Assembly: GCA_030602585.1 (NCBI GenBank)
Contig: JAUVZJ010000004.1
Span: forward strand, 279 to 64,278
Direction of reading: 5' to 3'
Length of the DNA: 64,000 bases
Source of the DNA: Candidatus Methanophagales archaeon
GTDB taxonomy: Archaea > Halobacteriota > Syntropharchaeia > Alkanophagales > Methanospirareceae
The notes under the pieces: model-generated
Told to the model about the DNA's origin: nothing
Databases searched by the model: none
The model's input: the letters and a program-made list of their open reading frames with translations, nothing else
Part shown: piece by piece, positions 1 to 9,645 of the stretch
Numbering within the stretch: position 1 is the first letter of the stretch
How the letters are laid out: each line of letters starts with the position of its first letter
Position numbers and translations under genes: made by a program

Positions 1-1193
1 CTACTTTTGAAGATGCTTTGAACATCGGTAGAGCGCTATCGCTATCAGAATCGAATAATAAGAAGAAGGCGGAAGCCATAAAAATGGCAGATGCAAAGTC
101 GAGTAATGACTATTTTAAATTAAAGCCGAAAATAAACCCCGAAGATGTCGGCATTGAAGAGAAGAAGAGCATGGTTAAAGAAGCGTATAAAGCGGCAAAG
201 AAACACTCCACGCTTATAAAAAGCATTTCTATCTTGTATTTAGATGGTTACGAGGAGAAGATATATGCAAATTCCAATGGAAGTTATATTGTAATGGAAA
301 CGCCGGCAGTTTTTATGCGTGTGCGTGCAGTAGCGAGAAAGGGGAACGTCTTGCAAGAAGGTGTAGAGAGTATAGGCGCAGTGGCAGGTTTTGAAGTCAT
401 AGAAGAAGAAAATCCTGAGAACGTAGGCGTAAAAGCTGCGGATAAAGCTGTGAGGCTGCTTGACGCTGAACTGCCGCCTGCTGGTGAACTGCCTGTGATA
501 ATGGACAACAAGCTTACGGGGGTTTTCATGCACGAAGCGCTTGGGCATTCCGCAGAAGCCGATCACGTTTTATACGGTGAATCAATACTAAAAGGGAAAT
601 TGGGGGAGGAGATAGCATACGAAGGTTTAACTGTTGCTGACGACCCGACCATCGAGAACTCGCATGGATATTATAGATATGACGATGAAGGAGCGAGGTC
701 AAAACGAACAGAGATAATAAAAAACGGCGTTTTAGTTTCTTTTTTGCATACGAGGGAAACCGCAGGCAGGTTAGATGCGATGCCAACCTCGAATGCGCGC
801 GCTACGGATTATTCTGAAGTTCCTCTGGTCAGGATGAGCAACACGGTTATTGAAGAAGGGAGCTGGAATTTTGAGGATATGCGGGAAGATATACGGTTTG
901 GAATCTATGCCAGAGGTATGCGTGGAGGGCAGGTGGATACAGTAAGGGGCGAATTTCAGTTCAGCGCAGAAGAGGCATTCCTGATAGAAAAAGGCGCTTT
1001 TTCAAAAAGGCTAAAAAACGTTTCCCTCTCCGGTAGGACTCTGGACGTATTGAAAAACATAGATGCCATAGGGAATGATAAAAAGCGAGGCACAATAGGT
1101 TTTTGCGGTAAAGATGGTCAAGAGGTCCCTGTTTCGGAATACGCTCCGCATGTCCGCGTGAAGAGTATATTGGTCGGTGGGGCTTCTTCTTAG
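1..1193 (+). CDS. TldD/PmbA family metalloprotease-like protein, C-terminal part (5' end outside window)
   Basis: Frame is open to position 1; motifs GHSAEADHV and a long Gly-rich C-terminus are typical of TldD/PmbA (peptidase U62) proteins. Confidence 0.6.
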   Translation, partial: TFEDALNIGRALSLSESNNKKKAEAIKMADAKSSNDYFKLKPKINPEDVGIEEKKSMVKEAYKAAKKHSTLIKSISILYLDGYEEKIYANSNGSYIVMETPAVFMRVRAVARKGNVLQEGVESIGAVAGFEVIEEENPENVGVKAADKAVRLLDAELPPAGELPVIMDNKLTGVFMHEALGHSAEADHVLYGESILKGKLGEEIAYEGLTVADDPTIENSHGYYRYDDEGARSKRTEIIKNGVLVSFLHTRETAGRLDAMPTSNARATDYSEVPLVRMSNTVIEEGSWNFEDMREDIRFGIYARGMRGGQVDTVRGEFQFSAEEAFLIEKGAFSKRLKNVSLSGRTLDVLKNIDAIGNDKKRGTIGFCGKDGQEVPVSEYAPHVRVKSILVGGASS

Positions 1194-1270
1194 GCTACTC
1201 TTTTTACATTTACAAAACTCTTTCTTTCTAAACATCAATTTATGAAATTGTTTGAAAGGTTAGAAAAGGA

Positions 1271-1729
1271 ATGAATCAAAGTGAAGAGAAGGAAAAGCCA
1301 GAAAGAATACCCTGGGACGAATACTGGATGAATATCGTAAACGACGTGGCGAAGCGTTCAACTTGTTTGCGAAGGCAAATAGGTGCATTAGTGGTTAAAA
1401 ATAACGCGATAATATCTACGGGCTATAACGGCGCACCGCGCGGATTCCCGCATTGTCTCGATGTCGGATGCCGGCGAGATAAATTGAATATAGCATCGGG
1501 TGAAAGACACGAGGAGTGCGTTGGCGTACATGCAGAACAAAATGCGCTCTTACAGGCGGGTAGAGACGCAAACAGCGCTACGCTATACGCAAACGCATTC
1601 CCGTGCAAGATATGTGCTAAATTAATAATAAACGCAGGGATAAAGAATGTAGTGATGTCAGGGGAATACAGCGATAAAGAAGGATTGGAATATTTGAAGA
1701 TGGCGGGCATAGAGCTCGTTTATCTTTGA
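1271..1729 (+). CDS. dCMP / cytidine deaminase zinc-binding family protein
   Basis: HAEQNA...PCKICAKLI zinc-binding deaminase signature (H-x-E and PC-x2-C); 152 aa. Confidence 0.7.
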   Translation: MNQSEEKEKPERIPWDEYWMNIVNDVAKRSTCLRRQIGALVVKNNAIISTGYNGAPRGFPHCLDVGCRRDKLNIASGERHEECVGVHAEQNALLQAGRDANSATLYANAFPCKICAKLIINAGIKNVVMSGEYSDKEGLEYLKMAGIELVYL

Positions 1730-1746
1730 GCTTTGTTTAGCTCCTT

Positions 1747-2703
1747 TTATAACCACAAAACAATAAAAAGATAGCTGACGTACACAGCAGCCAGCACACA
1801 CGCCTCTTTTTTACCCAGACTTTTTCTGAATATAATTACGCCTAAGAAGACGAAGACAGATAATAACAGATAGAAAGCGGATAGCCCTATACTTCCATGA
1901 ATAGGAGTTACAGCTACGAAACTGAAAGGCAATCCTATCCCAGCTAAAATATCGAAAATATTGCTCCCAACTGCGTTAGAAACCGCTAAACTCCCCATTC
2001 CCTTTAGTGCTGCTTGCACGGATACGAAAAGGTCTGGAATCGAAGTCGCTATCGCTATAATAATCAAGCTAAAAAGCGATTCAGATAAACCTAAAGAATT
2101 CGTAATATAAATTGTTGATTTCACCATTATATAAGCACTCAAAGCTATACCGACAATTCCTATGCCCGTATAAAAAACCGCTTCCTTTGTTGTAACATAC
2201 TTGAACTCCTCTTTTGGAACGAACTTCCCGTTAATCGCATCCCGGAAAAGCCAGATGAAATAGACAACGTAAAGCAAGAACCAGGTTAGCGCCTCCCAGC
2301 GTGTCAAAACACCGTCCATAATCGTCACTATCGTCACTATCACGGCGAAGAGGTAGTATGCACCATCCCTTTTGAGCACTTTATCATCGAGAACGCATTT
2401 CCTCACCCATACAGAAAAAGCAATTAATAACGTGATATTAAAGATTGCCGAGCCCACAATCGTCCCTATACCAATATCTGGATGCCCTTCCACAACAGAG
2501 AAAACGGATGCACCCATTTCCGGCGCACTGCTTACAATTGCCGCCACCGAAGCACCCACAACTGATTCAGGCACGTTGAATCGTTTAGCAAGAGAGCCTA
2601 AACCGCTCACAAAAAGGCCCGTTAGATAAAAGAACGCTATAAAACAGCCTATCAGAGCAAGAAAGGCAACCCCTAACCCCAACCCGTAGTTCAATCTCTT
2701 CAC
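1747..2703 (-). CDS. Na+/Ca2+ exchanger (CaCA family, YrbG-like) membrane protein
   Basis: Two alpha-repeat motifs (GASVAAIVSSAPEMG; GSNIFDILAGIGLP); polytopic membrane protein of 318 aa. Confidence 0.7.
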   Translation of the reverse strand: MKRLNYGLGLGVAFLALIGCFIAFFYLTGLFVSGLGSLAKRFNVPESVVGASVAAIVSSAPEMGASVFSVVEGHPDIGIGTIVGSAIFNITLLIAFSVWVRKCVLDDKVLKRDGAYYLFAVIVTIVTIMDGVLTRWEALTWFLLYVVYFIWLFRDAINGKFVPKEEFKYVTTKEAVFYTGIGIVGIALSAYIMVKSTIYITNSLGLSESLFSLIIIAIATSIPDLFVSVQAALKGMGSLAVSNAVGSNIFDILAGIGLPFSFVAVTPIHGSIGLSAFYLLLSVFVFLGVIIFRKSLGKKEACVLAAVYVSYLFIVLWL

Positions 2704-3080
2704 CTCTCACTTCTCTTTTTTAGCTTATTTTTGGAACAAAGACAGACCTTGAGAAAAACAAACCAAAAAATTCTTCTGTGGACAAAATCTGGTCGACACC
2801 TGTTTTTTTGAGTGCTTGAATTACTTTTGGAATCCTTTCGAAGCCATTTCTGGTACATCGCCACGATCCTTAGCGAGAGTACAGCGCCTATAAGAAGGGC
2901 TAAGGGGAGCATTATTTTTGTATATCCGGGGGCAATTGTATCCGGCAGGAGAAGGCAAATAAGAGAGGGGATAAGCATGAGAGAAACTACGGCTTTTAAA
3001 AACAACCTCGGGTTCATGTTTTTAAGTATAAAAGAGATATTATATAAAAGGAATAGCAGTACTGAAATTTCAAAAGGCAT
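2700..3080 (-). CDS. small hydrophobic membrane protein (hypothetical)
   Basis: ORF 2700..3131 with internal Met at MPFEISVLLFLLY; two hydrophobic helices; 4-nt overlap with the exchanger gene; no recognisable family. Confidence 0.25.
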   Translation of the reverse strand: MPFEISVLLFLLYNISFILKNMNPRLFLKAVVSLMLIPSLICLLLPDTIAPGYTKIMLPLALLIGAVLSLRIVAMYQKWLRKDSKSNSSTQKNRCRPDFVHRRIFWFVFLKVCLCSKNKLKKRSER

Positions 3081-3107
3081 TTTAATTGAACTCAGCGCAG
3101 GAGAAGT

Positions 3108-3509
3108 ATGAACAAAAATAGGGCAATGCAAAAGAGGGATTACGAAACCTACACGGAGTTAGAGAGTGTAATTCAAGAAATGGACGGTCTTGTAGATGCC
3201 ATTATCGTTGAAGGCATCCATGACAAAGAAGCGTTAGAAGAGATGGGTATCACGAAGGAAATAGTGACGTGTTCTTCAAGGTCTTATAGCGATTTCGTTG
3301 ATTATCTGAGGAGCAGGCATAGGAAGGTTGCTATACTGACCGACTATGACAGAGCCGGTAAGAAATTTAACAAAAAATTGATAGCAAGGCTGGAGCATGA
3401 GGGTGTAAAGGTGGAGAGGAGGTATAGGGAGAAAATAGGCAGGGTATTAGGACTCAGGGGGATGAAGTGCATAGAATCAGTGAACTCACTCATGAAGAGG
3501 ATTTTTTGA
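3108..3509 (+). CDS. UPF0292-type small Toprim domain protein
   Basis: IVEGIHDKEAL...AILTDYDRAGKKF; Toprim acidic motifs (E...DxD); 133 aa, as in archaeal UPF0292 proteins. Confidence 0.6.
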   Translation: MNKNRAMQKRDYETYTELESVIQEMDGLVDAIIVEGIHDKEALEEMGITKEIVTCSSRSYSDFVDYLRSRHRKVAILTDYDRAGKKFNKKLIARLEHEGVKVERRYREKIGRVLGLRGMKCIESVNSLMKRIF

Positions 3510-3511
3510 CA

Positions 3512-4231
3512 TTAACGCCGAGAATAAATTTTGTTCATTATGCTTCTTAGCTCCGCCACGCTAAATTGACCGGGTGCTACTTCTTCTCCTTCTACGGACC
3601 CGTAAGTCAATACAGACCCGTATAGTGGTGCAATTACTCGCAGATGCTTTCCTACTGGTCCCATTCCAATAGTGGCTAACAACTTACCTTCACTTGATAT
3701 ATTATATGTCAGGTCGAGTAAAAGCAAAGTATCGCTTAGCGTCCCCGGCGTCACTGCAATCTTTGCAATGCTTCCGCCTTCTTCATACATACCCGCAATA
3801 ATTTCCAATATATCAGAACGGCCTGGCATACCTTTGAAATCATGGAAAGAGAAAATAACGGGAATATGAAGACTTTTTGCCTTTTCCATTATCGCAGTTT
3901 TCACCTCTTCGGCAGAAAAAAATTCGATGTCCACGGCGTTTACCCTGACAGTTTCGAGAATGCCGCTCAACATACCTATCCTTTCTTCTTCAGTGCCTGC
4001 GAACGAGCCACCCTCCTCTTTTTTCCTGTTCGTCACTATTACAGGCATTTTTAGCCTCGCAACGAATTCCTTCAGCCGTTCTATGCTTCTTTCTTCCTCC
4101 TCCAGAAGGTCTATTCTCAACTCTATTACATCCGCGCCACTTTCCTTCGCATCACGAATGGACAACCTTCTCATTACGCCGACTATAACAGGTGCTCCCC
4201 CTGATAATTCTACTTCGCCTATTTTTTCCAC
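3512..4231 (-). CDS. aroD: 3-dehydroquinate dehydratase type I
   Basis: GAPVIVGVM...ADVIELRIDLL and C-terminal AroD-like layout; 239 aa. Confidence 0.7.
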   Translation of the reverse strand: MEKIGEVELSGGAPVIVGVMRRLSIRDAKESGADVIELRIDLLEEEERSIERLKEFVARLKMPVIVTNRKKEEGGSFAGTEEERIGMLSGILETVRVNAVDIEFFSAEEVKTAIMEKAKSLHIPVIFSFHDFKGMPGRSDILEIIAGMYEEGGSIAKIAVTPGTLSDTLLLLDLTYNISSEGKLLATIGMGPVGKHLRVIAPLYGSVLTYGSVEGEEVAPGQFSVAELRSIMNKIYSRR

Positions 4232-4320
4232 TTTTGCCTCCCTGAAAATTGTATTTTATAGAATAAGGGCAAAGATTTTATAAAGTAATTTATACTGTTC
4301 TATAAACCGGATTACAAAAT

Positions 4321-4392
4321 GCCGGGGTGTGGTAGAGGCTATCCCTAGGGACTGTGGATCCCTAGACCTGGGTTCGAATCCCAGCCCCGGCC
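4321..4392 (+). tRNA. tRNA-His (anticodon GTG)
   Basis: Hand-folded cloverleaf: acceptor GCCGGGG/CCCCGGC; anticodon stem AGGGA/TCCCT with loop CTGTGGA; T-loop TTCGAAT; discriminator C. Position -1 is T, so G-1 is not encoded. Confidence 0.75.
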
Positions 4393-4481
4393 TTTATTTA
4401 ACATGTGATAGAAGTTCCCAAAAGGTCCTGCAATAGAGGAAAAAGAGAGTTTTTTGATGGCCTACTTAAGAACTCAACGAA

Positions 4482-5072
4482 TCATTCCAAAAGCAGCAGC
4501 CCGAAAAAGGTTATCTTTTCATAAGGCGACGTTAGCACTTCCACTTCATATCCCGCATTCCTGACCGTCTTGAAAACGTCTATCCCTGATGCTTCCATCC
4601 CGGGTCTCACTTTGTGCTGATGTTTACAAAATCTCTTCGGGACCGAGTCTAAAACGATGCTTGACCTCTCTGGTATGCATTCATCGCAATACGCACAGCA
4701 AAGCCCGACCATTGCGAACGCTTTGTAATACCCGGCTAAAAATGCATCTCGCTCCATCTCAAACATCGTGTCATATAACTCTTTGATGGCATCCCAGAGG
4801 AAATGGTGTGTATGCGATGGCTGGACTTCTGGGTTCGGTTTAGCGTCAAATCTCGCGAGTACCGCCTTCTCATAACACTTTATCAGTTTCCTCGTCTCTT
4901 CCAGCGGTGGAACATAGGGCGGGCAGTTCAGATGCTTGCCATACGCTTTACACCCATACCTGCATTTCCACCTTACCCAATCGGCAACCTCAATCTTATC
5001 GGTGGAAATGAGTTTAAAATCCGAATGTATATCTGCCAATTCCTCTAACAGCGTATCTAAATCCTTTTTCAT
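4482..5072 (-). CDS. DUF2284-like predicted metal-binding protein
   Basis: Likely start is MKKDL at 5072; upstream in-frame sequence is low-complexity. Cys pattern CRYGCKAYGKHLNCPPYVPP...CCAYCDEC matches DUF2284-type proteins. Confidence 0.5.
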   Translation of the reverse strand: MKKDLDTLLEELADIHSDFKLISTDKIEVADWVRWKCRYGCKAYGKHLNCPPYVPPLEETRKLIKCYEKAVLARFDAKPNPEVQPSHTHHFLWDAIKELYDTMFEMERDAFLAGYYKAFAMVGLCCAYCDECIPERSSIVLDSVPKRFCKHQHKVRPGMEASGIDVFKTVRNAGYEVEVLTSPYEKITFFGLLLLE

Positions 5073-5194
5073 CTTTACTCCTTTATTTTTTAAATATAAA
5101 ATGTAAATATGAACATAGCAATAAATAATAAGAAAAGTCGCAGAGACGAAAAACTGGAAGAAGAGGGTTTGAAAAAGGTATAAGGAGGGGTAAT

Positions 5195-6217
5195 ATGTGG
5201 GTTGAAGAAATTCGTGAAGAACTGAGAGGAACATTAGACGCCAAAGAGGGAGCATGTGGCATTTGCCATGACGTTCTTGAGAAAATCTGCGATAAAGGCG
5301 GGAAAGCCGTCTCTTATGAACGACCTGAGGGTGTTTTAGCCAGGATTTACGATAACGAAGGCAACGTTGTATCCGAAGACTTTGATATAGTGAGTGCACC
5401 TGCCATTCTGAGAGCAGAGCTGAACGCAGGGTTTATACCAAATCCGCTCGATTCGGAACTCCAAAAAACCGTTCCTTCGGGAGATGATATAAGGCGGGTT
5501 AGTAGTGTTTACGGATATGGGCGTGTGATAACACCTGCAAGTATCGTACTCAAGGAGGTAACTGAAAAAGGCGGACGGACGGTTATCAAGCGTGAAGGAA
5601 TAGGGATTGTAGCAAGTGCTTATGAGGGAAACGGAGAAAAGATATTTGAATCTTCTGCTTCTTTTTGTCCTGTTTGTGCGGTATTAATAGGAGCTACGAG
5701 AGAGCCCGAAATCGCAGAACGGGTTAAGAACACAATGCAGGGTAAACCGAATACGGGAAAAGAAAAATATGAAGCAGGTGTTGAGAATCACTACGAGATG
5801 AAGAATGGTAAAGCATTTGTAACAATAAAACAAGGAGAGAAAATACTTGCCGACAACGTATTAGCTTGCTGTATGGTCTATGGGATGGTAAAGGCAGAGA
5901 TAGTTGCGGGTTTTACACTTGCGGAATCAGCCAGGCAATTCAAGGCTTATTGCAATATATGTCCACTCAAGCATTGCTGGCTCGGGAAAACAACTGCTGC
6001 TCTGGGAAATATTATGTTAGAGCGGCTATCTGAGCTGGGTGTGGAGGTAGAGGTCACAAAGGATGGATATATCACGGCAAGAATACCCGGAAATGGCGTT
6101 ATAGAAGGCAGAGGCAATTTATGTACCTTAAGTGCACTAACGGATATGCTGCTCAGGGGCGATGCATCTAAAATACTAAAGCCAAGAAGGGGCTCTGCTC
6201 CTGAGCATGAACTATGA
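5195..6217 (+). CDS. conserved hypothetical Cys-rich protein
   Basis: 340-aa ORF with motifs CGICHD, CPVCAV and CNICPLKHC; no family recognised by eye; divergent from the DUF2284 gene. Confidence 0.45.
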   Translation: MWVEEIREELRGTLDAKEGACGICHDVLEKICDKGGKAVSYERPEGVLARIYDNEGNVVSEDFDIVSAPAILRAELNAGFIPNPLDSELQKTVPSGDDIRRVSSVYGYGRVITPASIVLKEVTEKGGRTVIKREGIGIVASAYEGNGEKIFESSASFCPVCAVLIGATREPEIAERVKNTMQGKPNTGKEKYEAGVENHYEMKNGKAFVTIKQGEKILADNVLACCMVYGMVKAEIVAGFTLAESARQFKAYCNICPLKHCWLGKTTAALGNIMLERLSELGVEVEVTKDGYITARIPGNGVIEGRGNLCTLSALTDMLLRGDASKILKPRRGSAPEHEL

Positions 6218-6263
6218 ATTGCCTGAAATGCACGAGATGATAGGATAGTGTCAATTCCGTTGT

Positions 6264-6494
6264 TTAGAAAATATCCACTTCCGTTACGCAATTAGGACAT
6301 ACTATCTTCCTTTTCACTGCTTCTCCTGTTATCCCCGGAGTCGTTATGCCTTTTACACGGTGTGCGGGATGCGTATCCTCTATCGTTATTTCTACCGAGC
6401 AGGTTTTACAAAGTGGAACGTCACAGATACTGCACCCCTCTGTTGCCTCTCTTTCTTTACATATACCACAAATCTCCGGCATTTTCTCTTTCAC
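6264..6494 (-). CDS. small 4x Cys-pair zinc-binding protein (hypothetical)
   Basis: 76 aa with CGIC...CSIC...C..C...CPNC; sits in an otherwise empty intergenic gap. Confidence 0.35.
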   Translation of the reverse strand: MKEKMPEICGICKEREATEGCSICDVPLCKTCSVEITIEDTHPAHRVKGITTPGITGEAVKRKIVCPNCVTEVDIF

Positions 6495-6591
6495 CCGTGG
6501 TTCCCAAATATTTCGGTCAACTCAACAGGGTATCAACATGATACTATGATTAGATATAACTATACAATAAACATTAAATAAAAATACCAAG

Positions 6592-7665
6592 ATGCAGATG
6601 CGAGTACCTGTGCGTTCTTCCTTACGGGAGATAGAAGAATACAAAGCTGGGAAATTAGTAAAAGGGGCGATAAAGCTGAGCTCGAATGAAAACCCGTTAG
6701 GACCAAGTCCCGAAGTGATACGGGAAATAGTCGAGAGCATAGAAGAAGGTAAATTGAACCTGAGTTTGTATCCCTGGGAAAGGAATGAGGAAGAGCTCAG
6801 GGATGAGATTTTAAGTTATGTTGGCGCAGGTATGGGAAACATCGTTATAGGTGCGGGCATAGACGGTGTTTTGGATACGCTTGTCAGGATTTTTATCGAG
6901 AACGGCGATGAAGCGCTGATACCCGTACCCACGTTTTCTCTTTACGAGTCGCTGGTAAAAATAGCCGGGGGCATACCAGAGTACGTAAAAAGGAGAGCTG
7001 ACTTCAGCATAGCAGCAAAAGACCTGCTTCCGACGTGCAGCGAAAAAACGAAAATGGTTTTCATTTCATCGCCAAACAGTCCAACCGGGAATTGCATATC
7101 CGAGGCTGACGTGCGTGCGATAATAGAATCCATGCCAAAGGCAATGGTGGTCATAGACGAGGCGTATGTGGAATTTGCGGATTCGTCGTTGGTGAACCTT
7201 GTGAGGGAATATGAAAACGTGCTTGTATTGAGAACCTTTTCAAAGGCTTTTGGTCTTGCCGGACTGAGGGTAGGATATGCGATAATACCGGAATGGCTCG
7301 CAAGTCATTATAAGAAGACTTCAATACCCTTCTCCGTTAATAGCGTTGCTCTAACCGCGGCGATGGCAGCATTGCGAGATAAAGAGCATTTACGCAGAAG
7401 CGTAGAGTTAGTGAAACGTGAAAGACCGTTTCTCGAGGAGAATTTGCAGCGGTTATTCAAAGTGTATCCCTCGAAGGCTAATTTTCTGCTCGTGGACGTT
7501 TCTCCACGGAAAGCGTATGAGGTGTATGATGCGCTGATGAAGAGCGGGATAATAGTGAGAGATTGTTCTTCGTTTAGAGGTGCTGGAGATTCGTTTATCC
7601 GGATTAGTGTAGGGACAAGAGAGCAGAATGAGAAGGTTGTGGACACTTTGAAAAGTTTTTGCTAA
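6592..7665 (+). CDS. hisC: histidinol-phosphate aminotransferase
   Basis: KLSSNENPLGPSP motif and class-II aminotransferase architecture; 357 aa. Confidence 0.85.
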   Translation: MQMRVPVRSSLREIEEYKAGKLVKGAIKLSSNENPLGPSPEVIREIVESIEEGKLNLSLYPWERNEEELRDEILSYVGAGMGNIVIGAGIDGVLDTLVRIFIENGDEALIPVPTFSLYESLVKIAGGIPEYVKRRADFSIAAKDLLPTCSEKTKMVFISSPNSPTGNCISEADVRAIIESMPKAMVVIDEAYVEFADSSLVNLVREYENVLVLRTFSKAFGLAGLRVGYAIIPEWLASHYKKTSIPFSVNSVALTAAMAALRDKEHLRRSVELVKRERPFLEENLQRLFKVYPSKANFLLVDVSPRKAYEVYDALMKSGIIVRDCSSFRGAGDSFIRISVGTREQNEKVVDTLKSFC

Positions 7666-7801
7666 CCCATACCCATTATCAAAGGAAGCGCAACCACAGT
7701 TCCAAATAAAAAATTTTTGACTTATCTTGTTTTTGTATTATCCTTTAAATACTCATAAATTTACATTTTAGTAAAAAGTAAATGATGGTGGTGATGATGA
7801 G

Positions 7802-8314
7802 ATGAGCGAAGTTATGCGAGAAGTGTTAGATTCATTAGCGAAAATGGGGAAGCAATGGGACTTAGGGGAATCAGTGGGACGTGTCTGGGGCTTCTTACTG
7901 TTCAAGTCCTGTCCCGTAACGCAGAAGGAGATAGAAGAAGGCACGGGCTACAGCAGGGGATTGATTAGCCGAAGTTTGAAGGAATTAAAAAGGGGACCCA
8001 TGATTGAAGTAAAGAGAGAGGGAAGAGAAATCCGTTATTCTGTTAATACCTCTTTAACAGAGAGTTTTAATGAACTGTTGAAGCGTTTTCTCGCTGAGAA
8101 CATCGAACCGATGATTGAATTGCTATCCACGAGTCAGGATAAAATCGACGATGCAAAAGTGAGGGATACTTTTCTCGCACTCTTACACGAATACAAGAAA
8201 TTAAACCTCGCTGTTCTCCTGTTCTCCAGAATAATGAACGATATAAATACGATGCCCGTAGGGGTAGAGAACATTGAAGAAGTGGCAAAGAACATTTCGA
8301 TGAAGATAAGATAA
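7802..8314 (+). CDS. winged-helix transcriptional regulator (GbsR/MarR-like)
   Basis: N-terminal wHTH (VTQKEIEEGTGYSRGLISRSLKEL); lies upstream of the surface-protein/MMPL locus; paralogue at 52806..53246. Confidence 0.5.
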   Translation: MSEVMREVLDSLAKMGKQWDLGESVGRVWGFLLFKSCPVTQKEIEEGTGYSRGLISRSLKELKRGPMIEVKREGREIRYSVNTSLTESFNELLKRFLAENIEPMIELLSTSQDKIDDAKVRDTFLALLHEYKKLNLAVLLFSRIMNDINTMPVGVENIEEVAKNISMKIR

Positions 8315-8337
8315 TGATATAAAGGAGGTGATAAGAA

Positions 8338-9639
8338 ATGAGTAAAAATGGTAAAGGAAGAAAGTTGGTTTCGCTATGCGTTCTCGGCATGGTGCTTTTT
8401 ATGCTGTTTTTGCTTGTGCCGTTTACGTCAGTGGTTCCGGTAGATGCGATTTTCTCTTCTGTTACTATAACGGATGTAACGCCTACGGAGTTGCATCCCG
8501 GAGATACAAGAGAGGTGACGGTGACGGTGAAAAACAATGGCGGCAGGGACGCAAGAGATATTAATTTGGCGTTTCAAGGCACAGAAAACGTATCGCTCAT
8601 AGGACCAACTGTTGTGCACATAAATACGCTAAATTCGTGGTGCTGGAAGGAATTGGAAATCACAGTGCACGTGAAAGAAGAAGCGACTAATGGTGTTTAT
8701 TCTATCCCAGTGACCTGTTCGTGGAGGGAATACTATTTTAACTCTACACTGAGCCGTTATGTGGCTACTGAGATAACAGGACAGCAATTAGGTATTTCTT
8801 TCAACGTAATAGGAAAGGGAGTGATAAATATAGGTGATGTAAGCACTGACCCTACGGACATAAGACCTGGAGATGAGGACGTTGAAATAAGAGTAGATAT
8901 AGAGAATAGTGGCGAAGCAGCGGCGAAGGATGTAGAAGCAAAATTACTTTGCAATGATAAATTCAAACCTTCATGGTCTGGAACGGACCGTTCATACATG
9001 GGCAGGTTGAATTCTGGCGATTCGAAAGAGGCGATATTCCACATTGACATCGCTGAGGGCATAGAAGCAAATACATACGGCATTCCGCTGCGGATAAGAT
9101 ATAAAGATACGAAGGGCGAAGAATACGAGGTAATGCGGGAGATAAACATATTGGTGGAGCCGAAACCGGAATTTGAAGTCGTTTCTTTTCGCACTGAGCC
9201 CGCGGACATAAGCGCTGGCGATTACGTTACATTATATGTGCGAATAAAGAATGTGGGGTCAGAAGAGGCGGAATCTATTAGCGTAAGGTCAACGGGAGAA
9301 GCGGAAGTGCCTTTTGATTTCGATGTGAAAAGCGATTACGTAGGCAATTTGAAACCGGATGCAGAATGGACTGCGGTTCTAAGATTCGATGTGGATACGG
9401 ATGCCTCGCTAAAAACATACCAGCAGGGTTTGGAGATAAGATGTATCGGAGACCGCGAGTTAGGCGATTATAATGTGTATCTTTTCGATATGATGATTCC
9501 GATAAGCGTGTCATCAAGCAGCACAGGAGGTATTTCGGTTCCCGGATTTGAGGCGTTATTCTCACTCCTCGCACTTATTTTCGGTTTTGCCATTATCGGG
9601 CAGCGGAGGACTAAAAAAGCGCACGACAAGAAAGGATAG
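8338..9639 (+). CDS. cell-surface protein with CARDB/NEW3-like beta-sandwich repeats and PGF-CTERM sorting signal
   Basis: N-terminal signal/TM; repeated Ig-like segments (DIRPGDEDVEI...; ADISAGDYVTLYVRIKN); C-terminus SVPGFEALFSLLALIFGFAIIGQRRTKK matches the PGF-CTERM archaeosortase signal. Confidence 0.65.
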   Translation: MSKNGKGRKLVSLCVLGMVLFMLFLLVPFTSVVPVDAIFSSVTITDVTPTELHPGDTREVTVTVKNNGGRDARDINLAFQGTENVSLIGPTVVHINTLNSWCWKELEITVHVKEEATNGVYSIPVTCSWREYYFNSTLSRYVATEITGQQLGISFNVIGKGVINIGDVSTDPTDIRPGDEDVEIRVDIENSGEAAAKDVEAKLLCNDKFKPSWSGTDRSYMGRLNSGDSKEAIFHIDIAEGIEANTYGIPLRIRYKDTKGEEYEVMREINILVEPKPEFEVVSFRTEPADISAGDYVTLYVRIKNVGSEEAESISVRSTGEAEVPFDFDVKSDYVGNLKPDAEWTAVLRFDVDTDASLKTYQQGLEIRCIGDRELGDYNVYLFDMMIPISVSSSSTGGISVPGFEALFSLLALIFGFAIIGQRRTKKAHDKKG

Positions 9640-9645
9640 AACGGA

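Noticed and set aside
240-1238. Several 75-108-aa minus-strand ORFs nested inside the TldD/PmbA-like gene
   Set aside because: They are antisense overlaps of a well-supported CDS. Their products are low-complexity with no motifs.
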